Shown here: one piece after another, positions 10,042-19,074 of the stretch
How positions within the stretch are numbered: the stretch's first letter is position 1
Layout: every line of letters starts with the position of its first letter
From: Dehalococcoidia bacterium
Lineage (GTDB): Bacteria > Chloroflexota > Dehalococcoidia > SM23-28-2 > RBG-16-64-32
Length of the DNA stretch: 64,000 nucleotides
Assembly: GCA_963665775.2 (NCBI GenBank)
Contig: CAXXTF010000001.1
Coordinates: 256,001 to 320,000, forward strand
Direction: 5' to 3'
Made by a program: the position numbers and the translations under genes
Notes under the pieces: generated by a model
The model's database searches: none
Seen by the model: the letters and a program-made list of their open reading frames with translations, nothing else
What the model was told of the DNA's origin: nothing

Positions 10042-10989
10042 CTATGTCCTGATCCGCGGATCGACCACGGAGTACATCATGTCCACCATCAGATTCGCCA
10101 CCACTATCACCGCAGCGTAGAAGAGCGTCACCCCCATGATCACCCCATAGTCTCGCTGGAAGACCGAAGTGACAAACTGCTTACCGATCCCCGGGATCCC
10201 GAATACGGTCTCGACGATGAACGATCCGGTCACCAGGCTGGCCGCCAGCGGCCCCGCCACGGTCAGGATCGGGATCGAGGCGTTCCGGGCAACGTGGCGC
10301 ATGAGAATCGACCGCTCCCGTAGCCCTTTCGCCTCAGCCGTGCGCACATAGTCCTGCTGGAGCACCTCCACCACGGCCGCTCGCGTGACTCGAGCCAGAT
10401 AGGCGGCTGGCAGCATCCCCAGGGTGATGGTAGGCAAGATCGCCTGCCTGGGGTCGGGCAAGAGCCACCACTTCTGCTCCCAGCCGAACACCGGAAGCCA
10501 TCCCAACTGCACGCCGAACACCACGATAAGCAGGATCCCTAGCACAAAGCTGGGAGTGCTGGCGCCCAACGTGGCGAAGGTCACGGACAGGTAGTCCACG
10601 AGGGTGTTCTGTTTCAGGGCAGCCAAGACGCCCAGGGAGACCCCCACCACCACCGCGAACACCAGGGCGAACAGCCCCAGGACGGCCGTTACCCCCAGAC
10701 CATCCACGATAATGCCGGACACGGAACGACCCTGTAGCTGAAAGGAGATGCCCAGATCGCCCTGGATGGCGTTCCCGCTAAAGGTGAGGAACTGCCGCCA
10801 GAGGGGTTCATCCAGGCCGTACTTAGCGTCCAGCTGCCGCTCCAGCGTGCTGGAAACGGGCCGTCCACTGGAATCCCACGGGCCTCCCGGCACCGCGTGC
10901 ATAAGCAAGAAGGTGACGACGGCTACGAAAAACAGAACCGGCGCCAGCCAGAGCAGCCGCCGGAGAACGAATGCCATCATAGCGAGCAT
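10042..10989 (-). CDS. Oligopeptide ABC permease (OppB/DppB-like)
   Basis: VPGGPW, GDLGISF, DYVRTAEAKGL, DPRI. Confidence 0.92.
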   Translation of the reverse strand: MLAMMAFVLRRLLWLAPVLFFVAVVTFLLMHAVPGGPWDSSGRPVSSTLERQLDAKYGLDEPLWRQFLTFSGNAIQGDLGISFQLQGRSVSGIIVDGLGVTAVLGLFALVFAVVVGVSLGVLAALKQNTLVDYLSVTFATLGASTPSFVLGILLIVVFGVQLGWLPVFGWEQKWWLLPDPRQAILPTITLGMLPAAYLARVTRAAVVEVLQQDYVRTAEAKGLRERSILMRHVARNASIPILTVAGPLAASLVTGSFIVETVFGIPGIGKQFVTSVFQRDYGVIMGVTLFYAAVIVVANLMVDMMYSVVDPRIRT

Positions 10990-11022
10990 GGGCAGGGGGC
11001 TGCCTTAGGCAACCCCCTGCCC
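10990..11022 (-). terminator. Strong stem-loop between the binding-protein and permease genes
   Basis: GGGCAGGGGGTTGCC-TAA-GGCAGCCCCCTGCCC on the minus strand; no U-tract, so probably mRNA-stabilising or attenuating. Confidence 0.6.
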
Positions 11023-11030
11023 CGCCGTCC

Positions 11031-12739
11031 CTATCGCTCGATTATCGCGGTCTGCCAGTAGAAGAAGTCACCAGGAATACCGTCGGCACCGGTCATCAGC
11101 AGGTCCTGGACGTAGGGCTTGACCAGCCAAGCCGTCTCGTCATTGAACAGCGCACACAGGGCGACGTCCTCGTCGATGAGGACCCCCTCAGCCCGCTGCC
11201 AGAGCCTCACCGCCTCCTGGGGATCGTCCGCGGCCAGGGCGGACTCCACGGCGGCATCGTACTCGGGGTTGCTGTAACCGCCGGTGTTCAGAGCGCCATC
11301 CTCCGTCCAGAGGAGAAGCCAGTTCTGGGGATGGTGGTAGTCCTGGGTGAAGCCGATGAAGGTAAGGTCATAGTCGCCACCGAAGAACGCCTCGAAAAAG
11401 GCCGCTCCATCCAGGGGCTCAAGGTCAACGCTTAGGCCCAGGTTCTGCTTCCACTGGCCCTGTAGAAACTCCGCCCGGGTGGGGTTAGGGTCAGTGTTGA
11501 AGTAGGTCAGTTCGACGGAGGAGGTGAAGTCGGCAGGCGGCTTGGGGTCAGAACCCGATACCTGCACCGAGTCGGGATCGAACACCAGCCCCTGTCCCCG
11601 CTCAGCATCGTAGTAGGGGAGAAGGCCGGGCGGGAGCCAGGCGGTAGTAGGATTACCAAGACCCTGCTGTACTTCGTTCACGAGGGTCTCACGATCGATT
11701 GCCTGACAGACACTCTCCCGGGCGTTGAGCGTATCGAATGGTGGGTGGGTCTGGTTGAACACAATGGCGACCGTAGTGGCCTGGGCCACCCGCCGCAATT
11801 CCGGGTCGTCAGACAGTCCCCGAAGACTGGCCAGGGGCACCGGAGCCATATCCAGCCCGCCACTCTGGTAGGCGGCATAGGCTGTATTCTCATCCTGGAT
11901 GATCGAAAAGACGATGCGCTCCAGGGTCGGACGCATATCCTGGTCCCAGAAGTTAGGGTTCCGCTCCAGGACGATGCGTTCGCCGTGATCCCAGGCCGCC
12001 AATCGGAAGGGTCCACTGGCCACCAGGTTGCCGGCTTCCGTCCAAACAGTGTTGGCGATGTCACCATGGCTCTCGATGACGTCCTGACGGAGGGCGGCAG
12101 TGGGCCAGAGGGACATTTGAAGGTTGAAGGTCGGTGTCGGCTGGATGAGCGTTACCTGAAGGGTGTGATCGTCCAGGGCACGGACGGCCAGGGCCTGGCG
12201 CAACGACTCGATCGTCCCCTCGTCCGCGTCGACAGCCTGGGAAAGCTCAGCCCCACCCTCGACGATGGTGGTGTAGTAGGTGTTGCCGTAGTAGGAGCCA
12301 ATACTGGGGTCCATGAGCCGCTGGAGGCCGTAGACGAAGTCCTTGGCCTGGATCGGCCGCCCGTCCTCCCAGACGGCATCCTCGCGCAGCTTGCGCGCAG
12401 CTTGAAGGTATAGGTAAGACCGTCCCCGCTGATGCCACCGTTCTCCCGGTTGGGGACCTCCACGGCCACATATGGATAGAGCTCATTTACAGTGGGATCG
12501 AAGCGGAGAAGCGTGGCAAAGATGTTCTTGGCCACCATCGCCTCCTCAGGGAAGGCGGCGAGGCTCGGATCGATGTAGTCGGGCTCGGCGCCTAGGGCCA
12601 CGCGCAGGGTCTGGTCTTCGGCCAGCCGGCCGAAGGATCCGCCATCCCCATCTTGCCCACAAGCAATCGCAGCAACAAGGGCGGCCAGAGCCACCAGAGC
12701 GATCGGCCAGAAACGCCATCTGTTAGGTAACAATCTCAT
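11031..12739 (-). pseudogene. Oligopeptide-binding lipoprotein (OppA), frameshifted
   Basis: Lipobox AIAC. An 11-bp tandem duplication CGCGCAGCTTG at 12383-12404 breaks the frame; removing it restores YTFKLREDAVWEDGRPIQAKDF. Confidence 0.88.
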
Positions 12740-12856
12740 TGCGCGCCATCCCCTTAACCTACTTACCTGCGGCAGGACACATCTTGTCCCACCTAAATAA
12801 AAAGATGGTCTGCGCGGGTTTGTGTTACATGTTCTGGCCGGAACTTTTGAGAAATC

Positions 12857-13414
12857 TCAGGAGAACGATGGATAATTAGATGAGTGATCGGGCGGGCCTA
12901 GCCGCCGTATCCGCGGCAGGAACAGCTCTCCTAGAGTGATCACCAAGCCGGCGGCGATGACCAGATCGCCAACGCTGAAGGCGTTGATCGAAGTTGGGTT
13001 TTTCCAAACCAGCGTATCGGTGAGAAACCAGAGGCGGGTGTCCTCTCGGGCCAAGAGGACATCTTTAGATTGCGGCACCCACTCACCTAGGGCTAGACCT
13101 TCTGACGGCCGGCCGATCCGCTCCAGGGTGTCGGGGCTCACGGGCATCAAGCCGCCATTGCTGGCGATAGCGACGAAGTTCAACAGCAGGCCCACGCCGA
13201 TGATCATGAGCCCCGGTCGCCGCAGGTTGGCCAAGACGAACACCAGCAGCAAGGGATAGGAAGAGACAAGCAGAACCCGCCGCGGGATATCGCTGAAGCC
13301 CAGCGGGCCAAAGATGGCGAGCAACTGCAGGGCAAGGGCCAAAAAAGCCAGTGGCCCGAGGCGGATCACCACCTTCGGGAACCACAAGCGCACGCCGAAC
13401 CTAAGACAGCGCAA
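12857..13414 (-). CDS. DUF5317-like multi-pass membrane protein
   Basis: Hydrophobic; ANLRRPG, LNFVAIASNGGLMPV and LTD...FSVGDLVI motifs as recalled for DUF5317; the start may be a few codons downstream. Confidence 0.75.
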   Translation of the reverse strand: MRCLRFGVRLWFPKVVIRLGPLAFLALALQLLAIFGPLGFSDIPRRVLLVSSYPLLLVFVLANLRRPGLMIIGVGLLLNFVAIASNGGLMPVSPDTLERIGRPSEGLALGEWVPQSKDVLLAREDTRLWFLTDTLVWKNPTSINAFSVGDLVIAAGLVITLGELFLPRIRRLGPPDHSSNYPSFS

Positions 13415-13479
13415 ACCGGGGAGGCGAAACCCCTCCGCGCAAGCCGGGACGGCCTATTCTGTTGTGGGCGATCGAACTC

Positions 13480-13569
13480 CTATCCTCGCCAGAGCGGTGC
13501 CGCAGCGGCGGCGACGAGGGCGCCGATCACTAGAAGCGAGTAGGCCATATAAGTAAGTCGTGCCTTCAT
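13480..13569 (-). CDS. 29-aa hydrophobic micro-peptide MKARLTYMAYSLLVIGALVAAAAAPLWRG
   Basis: Below the ORF-track cutoff; strong SD (GAGGGAGGGG) before ATG; own promoter; signal-peptide-like with a short Trp-containing tail. Confidence 0.75.
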   Translation of the reverse strand: MKARLTYMAYSLLVIGALVAAAAAPLWRG

Positions 13570-13613
13570 GATACCCCTCCCTCTCGGTATTACCCGAGTC
13601 AATGTAACCTATT

Positions 13614-13641
13614 AGTATACCAATTGCTAAAGGGATGTCAA
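13614..13641 (-). promoter_or_regulatory. Sigma70-type promoter for the peptide/DUF5317 genes
   Basis: TTGACA-N16-TATACT with an extended -10 TG, in an AT-rich patch. Confidence 0.65.
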
Positions 13642-13779
13642 GGGATAAATATAAGGATTTCGAAAAAAAAGCCCGTAAAGGACTTTTGCGAGCTATTATC
13701 GTCAACCGAAGCTATTACGGTCAACTGGAGGCGCCATCCGCTTCCCCTCGGGCTAGTATCCCCGGCGTCCCTCCCCAGA

Positions 13780-14073
13780 TCAGCTGTCAGCGCACCAGAT
13801 GGCCACCATCGGTTCGCCATCGGGGCTTTCGGCCGGCACGTATCGCACCATGTGCAGGTCCGCCCCGCTGCAACCGCCAACGTAAATGGCGTACTCCACC
13901 GTCACATCCGAGGTGCTGCCCGGCCAGGGCCATGAACACTCATCTTCAGACACGGCACAGCTAGTGACGGCCGAAGGAGGGCTCTCCGCGTCCGCAGACC
14001 GCGACCCGATGCTCTGACCGGCCACCAGGGCGAACAGCAGCATCGCCAACAACGCGAAAAAGCCTAATCGCAT
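13780..14073 (-). CDS. Small secreted Cys/Trp-containing hypothetical protein
   Basis: Signal peptide MRLGFFALLAMLLFALVAGQS, RBS GGGGAG, four Cys. Confidence 0.6.
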   Translation of the reverse strand: MRLGFFALLAMLLFALVAGQSIGSRSADAESPPSAVTSCAVSEDECSWPWPGSTSDVTVEYAIYVGGCSGADLHMVRYVPAESPDGEPMVAIWCADS

Positions 14074-14081
14074 TGTCTCCC

Positions 14082-14171
14082 CTAGAATAGAGGACTTTGG
14101 CCGGCCACAGTGGCCAGCATCAGGGCCAGCATGGTTACCACTAAGTTAAGATTCATGAAGTTAAGATTCAT
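14082..14171 (-). CDS. 29-aa hydrophobic micro-peptide MNLNFMNLNLVVTMLALMLATVAGQSPLF
   Basis: Strong SD GAGGAGGAG; in-frame 15-bp tandem duplication at the N-terminus; shares VAGQS with the downstream ORF. Confidence 0.6.
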   Translation of the reverse strand: MNLNFMNLNLVVTMLALMLATVAGQSPLF

Positions 14172-14253
14172 ATCGCTCCTCCTCTGCCACCAGTCTCCCA
14201 GAGCCCTCTCGCCAAAATCTCGCCGAAAGACCGAGAGGTGACGCGCGAAGGGG

Positions 14254-14286
14254 AAAAAGGAAGCGGCCCCCTCATCGGGGGCCGCT
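14254..14286 (-). terminator. Rho-independent terminator of the STAND/TPR regulator gene
   Basis: AGCGGCCCC-CGATGAG-GGGGCCGCT followed by TCCTTTTT. Confidence 0.75.
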
Positions 14287-14308
14287 ATCGAGGCTACCGT
14301 CTCTTGCT

Positions 14309-17300
14309 CTAGGCCGGCGATCTACCTCTGCTGATCTGGCGCTGAATCTCGTCGAAGTCCTGAGCTGTTTCCCCGCCGAGGTTTTCGGAGATGATTTGAG
14401 CATAGCGATTGTAGCTGTACTTAGCGGCTTCCAGGTGACCGGACTGAATGTAGTTGGTCATCAGACGATACCAGGCCGCCTCATTCAACTCGTCCACGCC
14501 GAGGATGCGCTGGCAGAGCTCGGCGCTACGCTTGAATTCGCCTGCCTGGCTGTAGGCCGCCGCCAGCGTCGTGAGGAGCCGCATGTACTGCTCCTCTGTC
14601 TGCCAGCGCAGCGTCTCCGCCCACTCCGAGTAGAAGTCCGAGGCGAAGGGACCGTTGTACTGCGCCAGCGCCTTCTCCTGCAAGGCCAACGCCTCTGGGC
14701 CGCCCTTCGGCGCCCTGTCCGCCTGCTGCAACGCCTGCTGAAATGCTGCCACGTCAAAGGGGAAATGCCCCTGGGGATCCAGGATGTACCGTCCTGAGTC
14801 CTTGGCGATGCAGTCAGGATAGAGGGCCTGCCGCAGGCGATAGAGGTTCGAGTGGAAGGCGCTGCCGGTCTTTTCGTCGGGAAGGTCGGGCCAGAGTGCG
14901 GCCACGATCTCATCCTTGCGCAAGGGGCGCCGGTGGCAGAGGAAGAAGAAGAACATCTCCTTGCTCTTCTCGCTGCGCCACTCCAGATCCGTGATCTCTC
15001 GTCCGTCGATCTCCACGCGAAGGTTGCCCAATCCGTACGCCTGTACCGTCGTGCCGGCGGACTCCGGCTGCGCTGTCTCCTGCGAAGCCTCCGCCTGCGC
15101 TCCCGCTGGGGCCCTGATCACCTTCAGCAACTGTCCAAAGTAACCATCGGCTATCTTGTTGGCGGCCGCATACTGAACCAGCAGCGGATTCCGCGCAGCC
15201 TCGACTTTCAGGAAGTGATCGTAGCCCAACCCCTGCACCAGGTTGGCCACAGTCTCCAGGCTCTCCAGGGCCAGCCGCTTGCGCTTAAGCGAGAAGTAGA
15301 CACCGCCCAGATGGAAGTGCGCGGTGGCCAGCTCTCGCTTGGCGTCCGCCTGCTTGAGGAGGCGACTGGTCTCTTCCAGAGACGATACCGCCTCCTTAGG
15401 CTGACCGCGGTCGCGCTGGATGAGGCCCCGCGTTAGAGTGCAAAGGCCCAACTCAAACACGCCCCCCCGCTCTTCCGCCTCAGCGGTGGCCCGATTCGCC
15501 CAAGACTCCCCATCGGTGATATCTCCCATGAGCCGGTATGTATTAGCGATGGCGTCCATAGTATAGATGCGAATGTAGGCCTCGTCCAAGTCGGAACCCC
15601 GTTCCAAGGCGGAGTTGTACAACTCCTGGGCGCCCTGGTACTCGCCCCTGTCCCGGCGGATATCGCCCAGGCAGGTCAGGAGATAGGCCTCTGCCTCCGA
15701 GCGTATCTCCTCCTCCACCTTCTCCAGGGCCTGCCGGAAGACCGCGTCGGCTTGATCGAAGTCACCCTGGAGGTAGTGCAGCATGCCCAGGTTATTCAGA
15801 TTCTGCACTAGCTTCTTGTCGTTGCCCAGCTTGGACCAGCGCTGGCGCGCCCGCATCAGATAGTCCGCTGCCTCCGAAAGCCGGCCCAGGGCTACCAAGG
15901 CAACGCCGATCTGGTCGCTCACGTGGGCAATGTCATAGGACTCGCCCTGAGCCTCGTAGACCTCCAGCGCACCCCTCAGCTCGTTCAGCTCCTTGTCGAA
16001 CTCGCCGCACATTCCGTAGGTGATACCCAACTCCTTGCGGGCCTCAGTCAAGAGAGAGGTAGGTCCATCGTGTTTGAGGAGTAGGGAGCGAGCCCTCGTC
16101 AGCACTTCCTCCGATTCCTTGTAGTCACCCTTGACCCGCAGGCACATTCCCTTCGTGACCAACGCCTCGGCCAGGGAAACCCACTCCTTCTCGGCCTCAA
16201 AGGAGACGATCGCCTCGGCCAGCAATGATAGGGCCCTGTCCATCTGATGCAGATAGTGAAGCATGCGCGCCTTCCACAGAATCAGCTTCGGCTGCGCCGC
16301 CAGCTCCTCCGGCGGGATCGCCTCCAGCCAGCCGGCAAGGGTATCCCACTTCCCCTCTCTGAACAGCTGCCAGCCGACCCGCTCCGTAACTTGCACGATT
16401 CGCTCCCAGGCGCTGGCCTGAAGGTAATGGTACACGGCCTCTTCCCACTCCTCCGCCTTCTCCTGGAGGCCGGCCGCCCTGAGGTTCAAGTCCCGGAAGC
16501 GCTGCGGCTCCTGGGCCCGCAAATGGCTCATGAGGAAGGCCCGTACCAGCTTGTTATAGCGATAGCGCGTCCGACCGTCGTCCTCCTGGACGATGAACAG
16601 ATTCCGCCGCTCCAGGAAGTTGATCGTCTCTTCAGCATCGTCAATCTCGAGCAGTTCATTCATGAATTCCGATTCGACCGTTCTAGGCACCGCGCTGCCC
16701 AACAGGAACTCCCGCACCTCCGACGGCAGCGAGTCAAACTGCTCCACCTTAATGTATGTGGCCAGCGTGTCCGAGCCCCGGAGCTGCTCCGGCGAGATGG
16801 AGGTGCGGGCTAGTCGCACCTTATCCGCCAGGAGAATGAGAGCTGCTGCCCAGCCCTCCGTGACCTCCGCAAGATGCTGACCATCGTCCAGGGAGATTTC
16901 CTTCCCCAGAACCTCTCGGAATAGACGTACGACTTCTTCGCAGCTGAAGGCGAAATCGGAGCTGGCGATCGTGGCCACCTCCTGGCGGGCGGACATCAGA
17001 GGCAGCACCGAAAGCTGGGGCATAGTGCGGGCAGCCAGGATCAGGTGGCAGTTCTCCGGCACCCGGTAGATCCACCCCTCCAGCGCCTGCCGCAGCTCCG
17101 GCGGCGCGCCGTCCAGATAGTGGAAGTCGTCGAGGATCATCAGGTAAGGCTCCCCGACGGCCTGCACAGCCGTGATCAACAGGTCGACCGCCTCTTCCGG
17201 GGATATCGGTTGGCCCTGGCGAAGGGCATGGGCCAGATTCCCTCCGAAGCTGGGGAATTGACGCTGGCCGGAGGCGAGGAGGTAGCGCAGGAAGCTCTCC

Positions 17301-17566
17301 AGATCCTGCTCCCTCTCGTCCAGGGAGTACCAGCAGACGGGAAGATCACAGGACCGGGCGAAGTCTAGGATGAGGGATGTCTTGCCGTATCCAGCGGGGG
17401 CGCTGATGATGGTGACTCGGCGCTCCAGCCCCTGGGCCACCAAGTCGAGCAGGCGCTGGCGGCGGATTATGGGAGGGCGACGGACAGGTAGAGCTACCTT
17501 GGAGGGATAGGGCACCTCCAGGGTCACTGGACCGCTACTATGCTTCTCAATAGTGTCAGCCATCAC
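14309..17566 (-). CDS. MalT-like STAND ATPase with TPR array and C-terminal wHTH/BTAD (SARP-like) domain
   Basis: APAGYGKT Walker A, LDDFH Walker B, TEGWAAAL, many TPR-like helices, C-terminal WRSEKSKE/LWPD/YRLRQAL and YNGPF..FYSEW. Confidence 0.88.
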   Translation of the reverse strand: MMADTIEKHSSGPVTLEVPYPSKVALPVRRPPIIRRQRLLDLVAQGLERRVTIISAPAGYGKTSLILDFARSCDLPVCWYSLDEREQDLESFLRYLLASGQRQFPSFGGNLAHALRQGQPISPEEAVDLLITAVQAVGEPYLMILDDFHYLDGAPPELRQALEGWIYRVPENCHLILAARTMPQLSVLPLMSARQEVATIASSDFAFSCEEVVRLFREVLGKEISLDDGQHLAEVTEGWAAALILLADKVRLARTSISPEQLRGSDTLATYIKVEQFDSLPSEVREFLLGSAVPRTVESEFMNELLEIDDAEETINFLERRNLFIVQEDDGRTRYRYNKLVRAFLMSHLRAQEPQRFRDLNLRAAGLQEKAEEWEEAVYHYLQASAWERIVQVTERVGWQLFREGKWDTLAGWLEAIPPEELAAQPKLILWKARMLHYLHQMDRALSLLAEAIVSFEAEKEWVSLAEALVTKGMCLRVKGDYKESEEVLTRARSLLLKHDGPTSLLTEARKELGITYGMCGEFDKELNELRGALEVYEAQGESYDIAHVSDQIGVALVALGRLSEAADYLMRARQRWSKLGNDKKLVQNLNNLGMLHYLQGDFDQADAVFRQALEKVEEEIRSEAEAYLLTCLGDIRRDRGEYQGAQELYNSALERGSDLDEAYIRIYTMDAIANTYRLMGDITDGESWANRATAEAEERGGVFELGLCTLTRGLIQRDRGQPKEAVSSLEETSRLLKQADAKRELATAHFHLGGVYFSLKRKRLALESLETVANLVQGLGYDHFLKVEAARNPLLVQYAAANKIADGYFGQLLKVIRAPAGAQAEASQETAQPESAGTTVQAYGLGNLRVEIDGREITDLEWRSEKSKEMFFFFLCHRRPLRKDEIVAALWPDLPDEKTGSAFHSNLYRLRQALYPDCIAKDSGRYILDPQGHFPFDVAAFQQALQQADRAPKGGPEALALQEKALAQYNGPFASDFYSEWAETLRWQTEEQYMRLLTTLAAAYSQAGEFKRSAELCQRILGVDELNEAAWYRLMTNYIQSGHLEAAKYSYNRYAQIISENLGGETAQDFDEIQRQISRGRSPA

Positions 17567-17633
17567 ACCCTGCTGGACGCGGGCATCGCCGATGTTTGGC
17601 GTCCAATGTTAAGACGGGCTGAGCGGCCCGGTG

Positions 17634-19009
17634 TTACTGCCGGCCGGCATGATTAATCTGCACATCTTCCGGCTCGGCTGCCCCGGCACGATCGGGTCGG
17701 GTAGCCTCGACGCATGATTCGGCCGCGTCCGCCGGTGGCGCTGGATATCCCTGCCGGCTCCCGATACGAGAGTTGGTGCCATCATCTTCGGGCGCCGCCA
17801 AGGTCACCCGGTTGCGGCCGTTCAACTTGCTGCGATAGAGAGCCACGTCAGCCTCGTACAGCAGCTGATCGGGTCGCCGACAGGGCTCCGGAAAGGCAGC
17901 CACGCCCAGGCTTATGGTGACCCGCAGCGGCTCTGGCGAATCGCGGAGAGGGCGCTGATCATGGCCTCCACGGCCGCCCGCAGCCGCCCGGCCATGATCA
18001 GCGCCCTCTCCGCATCAGTGTCATGCAGCAGGATAAAGAACTCCTCGCCCCCGAAGCGTCCGGCCACATCGTCACCGCGCAGGGTCCGGCGCAGCACGCC
18101 GCCCACCACCCGCAACACCTCGTCACCGGCCAGATGGCCCAGAGAGTTGTTGACGTTTCGCAGGAGATCCAGATCGGCCATTATTACCGCCGTCGGTCGC
18201 GGCTCCCTCTGCAAGAGGGCGACCTCTTCCCGGAAAGCGTCCAGAGACCTTCGCGCTGTGAGCAGCCCGGTCTTGGCATCGTGGTACGCCTCTTCCTGAA
18301 GCCCGGGCACAAACAGGGCTCGGTAGAAGAGGAAAAGAGGCGCGATGGCCAGGGCGACGAAAGGCGGGGTCACCGTCCACATGACGGCCATGCCGACCCC
18401 CACACAGGCCAGGGAAATATCCGTCCCTACGCTCTGCCAGGCCAGGATACCCGATTCCCTGATCCCTATTCCCCGCGCCAGGCGCAGGACCGTCGCCACC
18501 ATGGCGTGATTCAGGACAGTAAGGGTGGATGCGGTCACTAACGCGGCCCATACCACCTGCCAGGACCCGATCTCGACGCTGTCACCCGCTACGATACGGA
18601 AATTGGCCCAGGCGACCAGGACGTTCAGCAGGTACGTGGCCATGTTGAACGTCTGGATGTACCAGGGGTAGCGATACTTTAGCCACTCCGGCAGCATGGC
18701 CAGCACCACAAGCAAGACCAGCAGCGGCGGCTCCAGGAGCAGAATCGCGGCCAGGAGGAAGGCCGGTGTGGCGTGATACGATTGTCGGTTGGGAGCATCG
18801 ACCATGAAGAGCTGGGCCGCCGCCGTCAGGGGTACCAGCAGCGCGAAGGCCAGCAGCGCCTCCGTATCCGGCAGGCCAGGGCGGTCCCCTATAGAGGGGC
18901 GGACCACTACAAAAAGGATGACAGCGCCCACGGCCAGGGCGTAGATGACCGCCAGGTATATCCGGGCCAACGTCGACAGAGCAAGCGGTGGATTCTCCTC
19001 CGCCGGCAT
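17634..19009 (-). pseudogene. Membrane-sensor diguanylate cyclase (GGEEF), frameshifted
   Basis: About 7 TM segments, then DAKTGL, VNNSLGHLAGD, RFGGEEF. The C-terminus (VTISLGVA...ADVALYRSKLNGRNRV) is in another frame after about 17945. Confidence 0.85.
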
Positions 19010-19074
19010 CGCGGCCGATGGTTCAGCGGGCGTTTCTGCGGGCAGAGCCTGCTTCCTTACCCCACGGCTTCACC

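Noticed and set aside
14205-14250. GCCAAAATCTCGCCGAAAGACCGAGAGGTGACGC as a c-di-GMP-I riboswitch (similar at ~13408-13450)
   Set aside because: Only a loose match, on the strand opposite the downstream genes, with no convincing second stem.
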